A stretch of DNA of 64,000 nucleotides from Cystobasidiomycetes sp. EMM_F5 (taxonomy: Eukaryota), in contig JBPGPT010000017.1 of assembly GCA_051047955.1 (NCBI GenBank), positions 124,001 through 188,000 on the forward strand, written 5' to 3'. This document shows, in pieces, positions 51,688-64,000 of the stretch. Under the pieces are notes generated by a model. The model did no database searches. It was not told the origin of the DNA and worked only from the letters and a program-made list of their open reading frames with translations. Each line of letters opens with the position of its first letter. The stretch's first letter is position 1. The translations under genes and the position numbers were made by a program.

Positions 51688-52990
51688 AGTGTACGGGGTG
51701 TATGTATTGTAGGTAATTGCAGTCCCTCCTGGCTTCCTGCCAGTTGTCGCAATTTTGGTGGCGAAAGTTGGGCTGATTTTTCATCCCTCGATCAGTTCTG
51801 GAAGACCAGCGCTCGTCTCCGCTTTTCAAACAGCCTGGTAGAGGAACAGCAAAGGCTCTACAGCGCACTCTTTTGGTGTCAGTCCTACCCAGTACTGTGA
51901 CTTGCCGTACTCAGAAAGCCTCGTATAGTCGCTGAATCAACTTCAAGCCAGTAAAGCTGAACATCATCCCTACTCAAAGCACAACCTGACAGAGAACGAG
52001 AAGCTGGGATCAGTTGACAATTTCCATACCCATCCCTCAACCACCTTTATACATGCACAGTATAGCCCTTTGAAGATGAGTCCAGCAATTGATCACGATA
52101 AATTCGCGATATATAAGATTACATGCAACAAACGAATGATGCCGCCGCAGGCGTAAAGTACCCTTGATCCTCTTAAATAACAATAGCGTAATGATATGCA
52201 TCCACGTTTTCTTATCTTCTCCCGTGCGGGTAAGTGAAAGGTGGACCCGCTGACTCAGTGCATCGTCGCAACAGATGGTTCCACGACTTGCCAAGTACCG
52301 ATTGGCAGTCACGCGATTCTCTACGATGGTCTGAGCTGCTATGAATGTGAACAGAGGAGAGTGATCCGGCCTCCGTCGCAGCTACCTTGCCTTTCTGCTG
52401 ACTCTGCTAATTACAACGACGTAGGAAGAAGGTTGTACGATGCCCACTGCGCTTATATGGACCACATATGAGCACCTCCGCATCTGCTCCCTTGCCCTAA
52501 GAGAACAATGGCCTTCTGAGAGAGTTGCCAGCACACTGCGACTTCCGGGGCTAGCCCGCCTCATTTCTCGACCTTACGCGGCATTGCGGCAGCGAACAAC
52601 CATTGTGATAGATTAATGCAAGCTGCAGACCACCTGGCCTACATACATACCCATAAGCTTAGCTAACTTAACTTATGGCACAGCTTCGTCCCACCAGTGA
52701 CATGCCAGCGGACTGCGATTCTGTGCCTGGCTCGCGTTTTCGCCGCAGCAAGAGGTAGAACTCGCTGCGGCCAGCTGCGAGCTGCATTTAGACCACCCAA
52801 AATATCAGATGCATAAGTAAAGCTGCTAGGGCGCTGCAGCTGCTGATGTACAAATACGGGCTTCGCTGTTTCCTTCTTGTCTGTCCGCTAACCCATTCAA
52901 CAATTCTTCGAAGGAAGCTGGTCTTCTCACCAATATCGACATCTATCGTACATCCTACCCCTTGTCACTCACTGTAACCTTTCCTTTACC

Positions 52991-53956
52991 ATGATTTCCA
53001 CTGTCAAACTCTTCATATCCGCCCTCGCACTCGCGTCCGTAACGCTGAGCCAAGACTCTGCTGCCCCTCTGTCTATCACGAGTGTTGTCGCGAACGCTCC
53101 TCAGCCATCCATCTCTGCTTCTTCTGAGTATCCGCGTGTACGCAACGGTACTGCGCATGAGCATTCTGGCAATCACACCGATGTCGGTAACGCTGTGCGT
53201 ATATCGATTCATGAATTCCAGAAGCCTTTGCTGACTTGTACATGACCCGGTAGCATCACAACGGAACTTTCTCTGCAGAGCACACTGGGAACGGCACCCA
53301 TCACAAGCATGGCAATCACACCGGAACTTTCACCGGCCTTCGCCCAACAGGCTCGCGTCCAGCAATGTCCGGGTCGGTGTCTGCCGCCCTATCTACCGCT
53401 GATGGCACCACAGACGACAGCATGATGTTATCATCCTCAGCCCCCGCTCGCCGTCTACTTCGCCGAAACACTTTCAAGCGCAGGCAAGATGCTGACACCT
53501 CGAGCTCCTCCTTCCCCGCCGCACCTACTGGATCCGACCACCCATCGGCAACGGCTGGAGTACACAATGGCACTTTTCCCCGTCCCCCGCATAACGGGAC
53601 TGGACCACCACCGGGAGACCTCGTAAGTCGCGGCAGCAACAAATCAACTTGACATGCAAACTAAGCTTGATTCATAGGGACGGAATGCGACTGTAGGGAT
53701 GGGGCTAGCCGGTCACAACGGTACACACTTCGGCCCACCCCCTATGGGCGGGAATGCTACATTGCCGGATGGTTCAGGACTCCCATCGCCACCTACAGGC
53801 ACTCCTCCTACTGGCACGCCAACCGGAAATCCACCAACCGATTTACCGCAGATATCTTCGGCCGCTACTGATACAGCTGCAGTTCGCAAGGCACGACGCG
53901 GGAATAGTCTCCCAGCAAATACGCGAAACAAAAAGCGTGCGACCTGCCAACAGTGA
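52991..53956 (+). CDS. Secreted His/Asn/Gly/Thr-repeat glycoprotein precursor, about 283 aa, 3 exons
   Basis: Signal peptide MISTVKLFISALALASVTLS; introns 53195-53253 and 53623-53677 preserve the frame; ten N-x-T sequons; dibasic sites. Confidence 0.75.
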
Positions 53957-54326
53957 CGATGAAGAATGGACACTTTCGATTCGCAAGCTGTTTCACACCG
54001 TTCAACTCACGACTATTAGCAATTAGAGGCTGGACCTCGTTGTCTTTGAAATTGAGCAATGCGGATATGAAGCAGATGACCGTTTCCAGCTACACTCCTG
54101 ACATTATGCACACGTATACCAAGACGCGAGTAATCGCACGTGCGTTGAAGCAGGCATGGCCGTGAATGCAGCCTTTATCTCCACCATCCTTACAGCTAAA
54201 GATATCCACCCTTGCATGCAAGTCCGGCCTGCATCCGAGCTTCCAGACAGGTATCACGATCAGGGATACGCATGGCTTTGAGTCATCGGCCGGCCCTTTC
54301 GCGCAGATATGTTCTAACTTTCCGGC

Positions 54327-56032
54327 ATGCTCATCTGTGGGACACAACGCTACTTGATCTGGCTGACGGGCCTCACTGCGGTAGTGATGGTGTTGAGGCC
54401 GTACCTGAGACCTGATAAGAGGCATCCCTTTCATTCGGAGCCATTGATGGCCGCAAAACGGGTCAGGGTTGCGGTCTACGACTCTCGCGGACAAGGACAC
54501 GAAGGTTAGAACCCTATGACATTTTCGCAGATCATATGAAACTGAGCCGCTGCAGAGGTGTTGGGACCGCTGCTGTATTCGCTCACATCGATGCCAGAAG
54601 TGCAAGTCACTGTATATCGAGATAGCTTCCTCGACGGCTTCACAGATTTGGTTGCGCCATTCTTTCGTGGACCTTTTCGACCAGCTAGCGAATTGTATGG
54701 AAATGGCATTGCCAATAGGCCTACTTTGGACAGCATTGATGCCATACTTTTTCTGACTGCCGAGTTCGACCTCGAGCCATTCCTGAGAGAAGTCAGCCCG
54801 ACATCGTTTCCAAATCTCCGCATGATAGGAATTGTTCATCGCTCAAACTCGTGGACAAGAGTGGCTTTGGAAAAGGGCCCTGGTCGAGCATCTGGCCTCG
54901 GGAACGAGACAGCTGCCTATCTATACAATTCGACGGACGGGAGCGCTGCGTCACGTTTGCAATTTATAGCGCTCAGTGACCATGTTCGGGCCTCGCTCCA
55001 CGCAACGATGCTGGCTGAACTCGGCGAAGCGGAAAATGTCCCAAAGTTGGCGACCTTCGTTCCAGTAAGCGCATTCTTATGGTTGTGCAAACGTTACAGT
55101 AATATGACAAGCAGATACAACCGCTACCTATCGATTATCGGTCGGTAACGTCAGCAAGTGAAGGAGTGAATGCTGCGGCGATCCAAGGTAAGCCAGTTCA
55201 AACGAAAGCGCTTTTGGTTCAGTACATATGAACTAACGCATCCAAATCTATGTTAACAGGTTATCTCGTGGACAGGTGGCGAAAGTATCAGCAAGTCTTT
55301 GCTGCATTCGCCGATATGATATCAGGTGAACAGGATGGTGTCGAATGAAGAAGCAACATTAAGCACTTATCTGCAGGCAATCCAACCGCATGGGGTATAT
55401 CCGTGAACGAGTCAATGGCCACGCCGACGAATGCCACGACAGACTGGCGCCCCGAGGATCCATCTTTCGAATTACACCTTGTCGGTAAGAGTAGGCCAGA
55501 TGTTGGTCCCTTACCGACAATTCCAGACGTCCTGCAAGAACAAGTGAGAATACATGATGGCCTGCCCTATACCGAGGTGCGTACTTCAGTACGAGGGCTA
55601 TAGGGTGGATACTTAGCTCGCAGGTGTCATACAGTACTATCGGACTTTGGGCAAATCAGTGCGTCTGCAGTGCCGAGAAGCAGGGTCACGATAAAGGATG
55701 CTGAGGCTTTGTGAATGCAGGACATATTGATCCTGGCTTTCGCCCATCATTACGTCTTTACGCACTCCGCCGCGTCCAGCTCTATTCCCGCGGCGATAAT
55801 GGCAAGGGTTCCAGTACTCGTATCGCGCAAGGAATTGTCAGCGTATTCGTATCTGGAACCTCCTGCTTTCGTCATGAGACACGATGGCGAAGACGAAGCT
55901 GCTGCGATAGCGCGCCTTCGTCTTTTCCGCACGACCATAGGAGGATCAGATACAGAGTGGGACTTATATGAGCAATTGCTCTTAGCTAAAAATGAAAGAA
56001 CGTTACGCCAGATGTTATCACTAGACGCTTAG
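54327..56032 (+). CDS. Putative type II membrane glycosyltransferase (GT-B-like), multi-exon
   Basis: N-terminal anchor YLIWLTGLTAVVMVL; GHEEVLGPLLYSL; MIGIVH; FIALSDHV; FELHLVG; SSSIPAAIMARVPVLVS resembles the GT-B donor-binding region. Family assignment is inference. Confidence 0.55.
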
Positions 56033-56420
56033 AACGTGTCGATTCCTAATTTGGCGATGACATTTTGAACGATTTGACCAATGCATAGCATGCATCCCGC
56101 CCTTCGGCCTGCGACAATATCGACCAGGGTTTACGCGGTATTGATGCTGCTCGAAGCGCAATGATGCACGTCGTCCGCTATCGAGACCTCCAGTGCTGCA
56201 ACGCCGGTGCCCCCAAACACCCATGAGATCATCCGCGCTGCTTAGCGACTGATCCAACGATGAGACAGCGAGGGCCCAGCGTGCCAATTGCGTGACTTCA
56301 GCCCACAGCTTGACGTCGCTCGTAGCCATGGTACAGGAAGTCGTCTCGAGGTCGTCAGGTCGACATTGCGCTCGGAGACAAGCGGGCAACCATGAGGACT
56401 CTCGCGTACTAGATTCAGCT

Positions 56421-56427
56421 TATAAAA
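56421..56427 (+). promoter_or_regulatory. TATA box upstream of the secreted protein gene
   Basis: TATAAAA 175 nt upstream of ATG 56596, followed by a pyrimidine-rich leader. Confidence 0.45.
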
Positions 56428-56595
56428 TCCATCCACGAGATCGCTCATCTCTTCTCATCTCCGTCATCACAATCCTTTATCCCTACATAGAGCTGGTCTC
56501 TTTCGCTTTCCTAAAACTGAGCTGGTCTCGTCAGATCCACTTTCGAACTTTGCATATCATCGATTCAACAAACAACCCTTTGTAGCATACTCAAG

Positions 56596-57646
56596 ATGAT
56601 CAACATCATTCCGGTCGCCGTATCTATGCTCCTAAGCGTCACTGCTGCAACGTCCGTTGCCGCCGTACCCTTATCCCAAAATTCTGTCCTTGTTGCGCGA
56701 CAGGTAAGTTTTGATCTCACAATACATGATAATGTTACTTGACTCGCGTAACAGGCTCCGGTAGCCTTCCCGTCCAAAATTACGCAGGTTCTCCAGCCCA
56801 CCAACCCGGCAGGTCACGCTCCAAACATGGCAGATCAAGCCAGCTCCCGCGATATTGGCCAAGATCTCGGCATGGGTAAAGGCAAAGCTCGCGGAGACGA
56901 CCATCGTCGCAATCGCAATGAAACCAAGGCAGACGTTGGCGCTGGACCCAAAGCAAAGAAACTACAACAGCAGGACAAAGTGGGCAAAGCCATTGACAAA
57001 AATCAGAAGAACCGAAACAACATGAACAATCAGAAGAACGACAACAATGCCGCTCTACAGGCAGAGAACAATGCTCTAATTACAGGCATCCTCGCAGGAT
57101 TTGCAGTTTCGCAAGGCGAGTCAGCAGGATTAAATGATCTGGTCGGCGCTGCAATCAGCAATGCTGCCAGCAAGACCAATCAAGCAGACATCGAAGCTAT
57201 AATTAACGGTCTCCTTACTGAGCTCGGCAAGGTCGGAGCTTGTTCTCAATGCAAATCTGCCATTAGCTAACGATTGTTGTCTGGACACACAGGTTGATTC
57301 TCAGAAGGGCGAGGAACCGGCAGACATTTCTACCAGCCAGGAGGCTGCGGCTTCTGAGACCGTTTCGTTTGCCCGCGGAACAGCATCACAATCTGAAGCT
57401 GCGAGTATAACCGCCACCAATATCAAGGGAAAGACTTCTGATCAGGTTTCTGAGAGACTCTCAACCTCTGAATCTGGAGCGGCAACTTCAACAGCTTCGT
57501 CTGAGACTATCATCTCGACATCAGTGGCCAGTGTTGTCGACAAAATCACGGCCACGGCCACAAAGGCGGTCTCCTCAGCTGTTGCAGAGGTCACTAACGC
57601 TGCGACAGAGACTCTCCAGCCTATTATCAAAGAGCGGAGACACTAG
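56596..57646 (+). CDS. Secreted hypothetical protein with N/Q/K-rich middle and Ser/Thr-rich tail, 3 exons
   Basis: Signal peptide MINIIPVAVSMLLSVTAATSVAA and propeptide-like LVARQ; GTAAGT and GTCGGA introns; ends KERRH*. Confidence 0.65.
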
Positions 57647-58042
57647 TCGATAGGGTTTTAATGACAAACAGATTAGCGGTCGTTAGCGATGCACTCAGTT
57701 CACGATCGAGGGGATTGTTCTCAGGTAGACGCCCTTCTGTGTCAAATTCAAATTCCGAGTCGGCTTGAGTCTAGCGTGAAGCGATACGCAGAATATTCTA
57801 TTGCCATGCTTGCGCCTTACCATTTTCCAGGCGACATTGACCAGTGCCTAGGCACCGACTCACCGACCCTCTGGCCACCTGCGGGGAAAGCAGATTCGTT
57901 GTTGACCCTATCGCCTGTCTGTGTCCCTACGATTTCAGCCACTGATCTGCTGAACAGACAACACAGCCTGTATTTCCACATCATGCCACGTCGATACTCA
58001 GAATTACAGCGCCGCCTCGGGGTGCACGGGGCATCCTTGCGC

Positions 58043-59057
58043 ATGCCTTTGTGCGAGACCTGCTCTACCCAAACGTCGTACGCCGACGAAGACTTGTCGC
58101 TAGAAAGCAAGGACAGCATATACAAATGCCCCATCTGTTTGGATCCTCGGCAATTCATTGGCCCAGATGGCCAAAAATGGACCACATTGGAACGACTACT
58201 TACAAACGCTGACCATTTGTACCACAATAAGTTTACCGAACATATACCTGGCAAAGTGTGGTGGTTCAAAACTTATCCCTCCTTCGGTATCGGGCAAAGA
58301 TCGTTCCTCATCAAGGACGGAGACAATGGCCTTGTCGTGTGGGACTGCGTGGCTTTCATAGATGACGAAACGCTGTCTTTCATCGACAAGATCTCAAACG
58401 GAAAAGGTATCGCTCATATGGTCGTTAGCCACCCGCACTATTACTCTTCTACAGCTGTATGGGCAGCCACGTTTCCGCAAATGCAAGTGTGGCTTGCCAA
58501 AGTGGACTTCATCGAATTCTACCAACGCTTCGACATAAGACAGGCCTACGAGAAAATGCACAGTGCCTATACGGCCTCGGATGATAATGCTTCCATAGCG
58601 GGGCGGTTGCAATTGCTTGAGGAGACGCAAACATCTATACCCGACTTTCCCAACTTTTCCATTCTTTTGCTTGGCGGCCATTTTCCTGGCTCTATCGTAC
58701 TGCTCTGGAAGGATGTCCTCTTCGTCGCGGACACCATACAGGTGATCTTAAGCGCAAGGTATAAGTCAGATGAACCGCAGCGAGAAGGGGTAGCGAGCGT
58801 GGCCTTTCTGTGGAGGTGAGCATTAACAGTGAGCCGGTGACACACAGGACATGACATTGAATTGGTGAATGCGGAACAGCTATCCAAACGGCATCCCGCT
58901 CAGTGCCAACGAGGTGACAAACGTATGTGCCCCGCTCGAAAATCTGAACTTTAGCAGGGCTTTCGGTGCTTTTGAACATGGTGATATCTGGGGTCATGCG
59001 AAGGAGAAAATCTTGCAGAGTCGCGACATTGTTATTAAACGACTCAAGGCATCGTGA
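58043..59057 (+). CDS. Metallo-beta-lactamase-fold hydrolase with N-terminal CxxC...CxxC (YmaE-like); start may be 57983
   Basis: CETC...CPICLDPRQF, FGIGQRSFLI, VVWDCVAFID, VSHPHYYS, GGHFPGS, LFVADT, FLW SYPNGIPLS. Confidence 0.85.
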
Positions 59058-59204
59058 AGAAATGTCGTAGAACCGTGTTAGTTTGTCGGAGCGCCCTGCC
59101 TGCTGTAGATGATTGATGTGTGTAAAGGCAAGGCAGCGATGAGAGCCAGACGCCCACTGTCATGGCTGGATTATTCCGTTTCTGCAGTAAACCAACACGA
59201 AAGC

Positions 59205-60156
59205 ATGTCTGCTGACAGAACTGTATCAGGCGCGGAGGTAGCGCAGAAGGATGCTCAGACAGCAGAGCAAGTCCTGAGGGGCATGCTGGGGGTCGTGTAA
59301 GCTCATTGCTGTCGAGTCGGTGTGCAGACAAGACTGAACACGTGCAAACTGTGCACGACGCAACAGACCAGATTTCCCAAAGAAAGGTGAAAGCCTGAAC
59401 CGCAACGCTACTGGATCACTTCATTACTGATACCAGCAGACCTTCCCGCTATCAGGCATTGTCTTCCTTGATCTCTTTCCTATTCTCAGGAATCCGGTGG
59501 CTTTCGAAACACTGATAACATGCTGTAAGGTTCTGAATCAGCGAAAGCGTGTTTGGACACTTCTATCACGCTGAAGCCTGATGATTCTTTGCACTACTGA
59601 TGTGTGGCTTCCTTCTCAGTCATGCACCATTTGCTCACGCAAACAGTCTACAACTCGCCGAGCAAAAAGATTGACGTGGTTGTTGGCTTGGATGCGCGTG
59701 GCTTCCTCCTGGGTCCAATCATCGCTATGAGACTCGGAGCCGCTTTTGTGCCCGTACGGAAAGTGGGTAAACTTCCTGGAGAATGCGTCAAGGTCGAATA
59801 CGAGAAGGTGCGGTTGAAAAGGTGTCTCATATTCAAAAGAGTCAATTGACCTGATTTGCAACAGGAGTACGGGAGTGATGGTTTTGAGGTGGGATAACAT
59901 CTGATACTTGGCTATCCAGCGAAAACCTAATCTGCGTTTGCGCCAGATGCAAGTAGATGCAATTCAGAAAGGACAGACGTGTATCGTCATCGACGACCTG
60001 ATCGCGACAGGTGGCTCTGCTTACGCAGCTGGGGAGCTCATTTCCAAACTCGGCGGCAAGACACTAGAATATCTGTTTATCATCGAATTGACCTTCCTGA
60101 AGGGAGTAGCAAAACTCGATGCACCGTCATTCTCGATTGTGAAGGAGAACGATTAG
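59205..60156 (+). CDS. APT1: Adenine phosphoribosyltransferase
   Basis: [42 protein letters not shown], and the PRPP motif [12 protein letters not shown]. Confidence 0.97.
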
Positions 60157-60336
60157 ACAGATATCGATATAATGCAGGTGTGTTAGTGCGACTCCCCAAC
60201 ATCATGACACGCAACTTGAGCAGCCTTGCAATCCGATCTTTCATGAATGCGGTCGTTATCTATCTTACAGACAGCGTGATATTCCGGACGTTGCGATTTG
60301 CGATATGCGATTACTGCTCCTCCTGCCATCAAGTCT

Positions 60337-61063
60337 TCATCGTTGGGCTGGTTTCTCCATCATTTGATATCGTCTATCACCCTTTTCATAGCGTGCCTGC
60401 ATTTTCTGCTGCCGCCTGCTCAAACCCTCTTGGTTGACAGTGCCAGTCCTTCCCTGCTGCTGCGATCCACGGGCACTGTGCACTGCGGCTTGAGCCTGCT
60501 GCGCTCTGGCTGCCAGCAAGGGTTTTGCTATTCCCCATATCTTGTAGACGGCATATCCAGGAATCTGATAGTGACGAGCTGTCAGCTTGTCGTATGCCGA
60601 GCTCCATCGTGGACTTACCAAAGCGTATATCCACCACGCCCTGCTCCAGATCAAAGCTGTCAATTGCGCCGCCCACGTCAAGTAGACGATGTCGAGCATA
60701 TATTGAGTAAGGCCAGGCTGCGAAAGGTCATCGCCAGCTTTTTCAAGTGTACCGTTGGCTGAGGTGGTTGATTGGCCCATCCCGAGCAGTACGACAAACA
60801 TGGTGACGGATGGGACTGATGTCAGAGCGTATCCGAGCAGGTGCCCGTTTGTTCTCTGCGATTTGAACAGGACAAACACGATCCATTGAAGGACCTGCGT
60901 AGTGATGGCGTTTGTTTATGAAGAGGAGGACTGCTTCTCAGTGGGACAGCTCTTGCTCTTCTGGCGTCTCTACGCGTACATGTATTCCGACAGTGCCAGC
61001 TTTTAGCAAACGCAAAATTGCAGCATTCTCTGCCGCAATCCGCTTGTCAGACTTGTTCGCCAT
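60337..61063 (-). CDS. SND2: SRP-independent targeting protein Snd2/TMEM208 (DUF788)
   Basis: MANKSDKRIAAENA..., AGDDLSQPGLTQYMLDIVYLTW, IPGYAVYKIW, SRRQQKMQAR. Confidence 0.9.
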
Positions 61064-61207
61064 GTCGAAAGGGTGACGGGTTGGCAGAAAAGCAAGCTTG
61101 ATTGTGCTTTGCTCGTCGTTTGCATCAGTCTCTCGATCAATTTAATGCAACAACCTCCAAATCCAAGCCGGCATTCGGGATACTTCACCACAATGCACTC
61201 ATGAAAT

Positions 61208-63799
61208 ATGGTGGTCAATCTTGCCAGCACGGGCTCAAATGTGCGCGCTACGCCAATTGCAAGGGACAAGAGCTTACAATTTCTGTATTTTGTGATGACA
61301 GGCCCGCTGCTACATAGTCAATGGAGGAGGCCAGGCAGTTCCAGACTGGCTGGCGAGACGGGACAGGCAGAGACGCCGCAAAGGTGAAGCTGGACAAGGT
61401 ATCCAGCTGCTGCAGGTGAGTGTGCAAACAAGCATTCACGTTTTGTGCTGCTCTAATGCATACTCCTCGTTTGCCACCGTCGTCAAATTGTGTGTCGACA
61501 CTAGGACTTTGATTTTCCAGAGGCTTCAAACAAGATTCGCACATCCCGAGATGGACAATACTGCCTTGTCACCGGAACTTATAAGCCCCGCGTCAAGATT
61601 TACGACTTGCCGGAACTGTCGCTAAAAAGCGAGCGAGTGACAGACGCCGAAAACGTCGACTTTGTTATTCTCAGTGACGACTGGACAAAGACGTTGCATC
61701 TTCAGACGGACCGCTCGCTGTCCGTTCATACTGCCGCAAGCGTGTTTTACTCGACCCGGGTTCCGACTGCTGGTAGAGCTTTGGCATACCACTTCAGCTC
61801 GTGCGATGCTCTGGTTGGCGCAGCAGGGCATCAGATATTCCGGCTTAATCTTGACCAGGGGCGATTCTCGAATCCTCTCGATTGCGAGGGGCAGACGAAC
61901 GGGGTCAATACGCTTGATGTGAATCCAGCACACGGATTGATATCTGCTGGGACGCAGTCTGACGACAGCAATGGTACAGTCGAGTTCTTCGACCTTCGCG
62001 CGCGGAACAGGGTGGGTATTCTACAATTACCTTCTGATCAGTTACTCGGCGCTTCCAGCTTTGGCGGCAGCGAATACACAGAGTCGAGAACCCACGTTAC
62101 AGCCCTCGCATCCAAAGATGATGGCTTAAATCTAGCCGTCGGCACTTCTACTGGACATACGTTACTGTACGATCTTCGCGCCAACGCCCCATACACCATC
62201 AAAGACCAAGGTTATGGCCTACCGGTGAAGAAAATCGAATGGTGTTCGGCCATGTCTAGTGCGGACCATGCGAATGAAGCAGCCGGGCTGGTGGCATCGG
62301 TTGACGCCAAAGTAATGAAGATCTGGGGCAGCCAAACTGGCAAGAATCTGATTTCCATCAACCCACCCAACGACATCAACGACATGCACATCTATCCCGG
62401 ATCCGGCCTTGTATTCTTAGCCAACGAGGCTTCACCAATAACAGCATACTATATTCCCCAATTGGGCATGGCGCCGAAGTGGTGTCGCTTCCTGGACAAT
62501 ATGACTGAAGAACTGGAAGAGGATACTGTCGATACACTATACGACGACTACAAGTTCATTGACCGCAATGAGCTTCGCTCGCTCGGTATGGATCATCTTA
62601 TCGGCACTGACGTCCTCAAGCCATACATGCACGGCTTCTTCGTCGACCTTCGTCTATATACGCAAGCTCGCGCTATCGCCAATCCATTTGCGTACGCCGA
62701 GCACCGAGATAAATTGGTGCGGGACAAGCTGGAGAAAGAACGGGAGAGTCGAATCAGACAAAGCAAGAATTCCGCTACCAAGCAAGTGGACCAGAAACTT
62801 CAGGAAGCCCTCCACAAAGCGAAAGTCAATAAGGATCTAGCGGAGAAAATTCGGCAACGAGAGGATGAAAGAGACGGCAAACACAGTCGGAAACGGGCTG
62901 TGCTTGCGGACAGCGATACAGATTCAGAGGAGAACGCAAATGAGGAGTACAGCTCCGGTCATGAGGACGAGCCCATCGAAAAGACATCCAAGAACGGTAA
63001 AACGAAGGCGGGCAAAGGGTCTGCCAATGTTCTCACAGATGATCGTTTCGGTGCATTGTTCCAAGATCCTGAATTCCAGATTGACCAAGACTCAGTTGAA
63101 TACGCCATGCTCAATCCATCAAGCGCTGCCCAGCGAGCCAACAAATCTGCAAAGGACCGGCAGAGTCTCGCCGAGGCTGCAGATGCTGCGTCCGAAGATG
63201 GTGATAGTAGTGATGGCGATGATTTGCTGGAACGGAACCCATCAGCAAGCGGCTCCGGTCGGTCACTGCCCGAAGCATACCAGCGTCGCAAGCTAGAACT
63301 CAGAGCGGCAGAGAGGGAACAGAGCACACACAAGCCCCGGCTTGTTGCAGGGGACGGACGCCTCGGTGAACAAGCACAGTCCAACAGCGACCCAAGAAGC
63401 ACTACTTTTGGACAAAGAGCAGCGAAAGCGGTCAACGGGACATCGAACGGTTCCGGTCGCTCCGGGAGAACTGTGTCGCGCGGCGCAAAGCTAAGCAATC
63501 GTGACGAGGGGCCGATGCGCAGCACATCGGGCGGCGGTATGGAATATACATTCACACCGTCTACAACGACTGCAGACGATTCTAGGACGGACAAAGAGCA
63601 GTTGAAGGCGATGCGGGTTGAGAAGCAGGCGCGCGAACGCCTTGCTGCTGGCAGGATCGGCGCTGGCTTGGAGAAGGGTAGTGGTGCTACGCACAACGCG
63701 CGCGAGCAATTGAACCTCAGCGAGAGTGATCGTGGTGGGCGGAAAACGATGCGACGCCAAGTACGCAGTGCTAGTCGCAACAAGACACGCTTCCTTTGA
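61208..63799 (+). CDS. ENP2: Ribosome biogenesis protein Enp2/NOL10 (WD40 plus NUC153)
   Basis: VPDWL...LLQ DFDFPEASNKI, TGTYKPRVKIYD, LSDDWTK, YYIPQLGMAPKWCRFLDNMTEELEE, KPYMHGFF, DDRFGALFQDPEFQID. Confidence 0.96.
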
Positions 63800-64000
63800 T
63801 TCACAGGGGATGCCCCGATACTGGCTTGGAGTTGGATCGTGTTGTTGTTTGCATTTAGCAATTGTTCTCTTGGGTCTTGGTAGCCTACGGTATGATGACA
63901 ACAGCTGTTACGGCTTTTATGCTCTTGCACGATTTCCTATTCATCGCTGTCACTTTCAACGTCCATATCCTCGCTATCGGCTGGACTAGCAGCACGCTTC

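Noticed and set aside
52651..52678. Short inverted repeat CCATAAG...CTTATGG
   Set aside because: Only a 7-bp perfect stem, with no target-site duplication or second copy; insufficient for a MITE or ncRNA call.
54090..54839. 249-aa minus-strand ORF
   Set aside because: Overlaps the better-supported spliced plus-strand glycosyltransferase-like gene; composition is not protein-like.
62959..63930. 323-aa minus-strand ORF
   Set aside because: Antisense shadow of the low-complexity ENP2 C-terminal coding region; no domain-like features.
1..64000. tRNA, rRNA, CRISPR arrays, transposons, prophage or viral inserts
   Set aside because: No cloverleaf or box A/B pattern, spaced direct repeats, transposase, reverse transcriptase or integrase motifs, LTRs or TIRs recognised by eye. 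tRNAscan-SE, Infernal and RepeatMasker would be needed to exclude small elements.

Overview
Compact, intron-rich fungal genomic DNA, not prokaryotic. Most introns are about 45-80 nt GT-AG with GCTGAC/CTAAC-type branch points. The gene content and splice style suggest a basidiomycete yeast (inference). About 34 protein-coding genes can be reconstructed by hand. Most are housekeeping: CLASP/STU1, MET10, AP-3 mu, mitochondrial uL11, NC2-beta, SmF, IWS1, ERB1, YVH1, SOF1, an ENA-type P-ATPase, RRP8, BEM1, a G-patch protein, RPL35, APT1, SND2/TMEM208 and ENP2. Several genes or domains are invisible in the ORF track because they are split into tiny exons (NCB2, an HSF DNA-binding domain, SmF, a possible micro-exon gene at about 43.5-43.9 kb). 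I saw no tRNA, rRNA, transposon or CRISPR array, and I cannot demonstrate a complete new system. The best leads are: two unusually long RPL35 introns (one AG-free with a distant branch point, one forming a long hairpin); a Kex2-type two-module HNGT-repeat secreted protein beside an orphan glycosyltransferase; a UUU-UGA frame break in a PHD-finger gene; a stop-codon-only last exon in MET10; and a concentration of ribosome-biogenesis genes. Gene spans include introns and come from manual splicing, so some ends are approximate.
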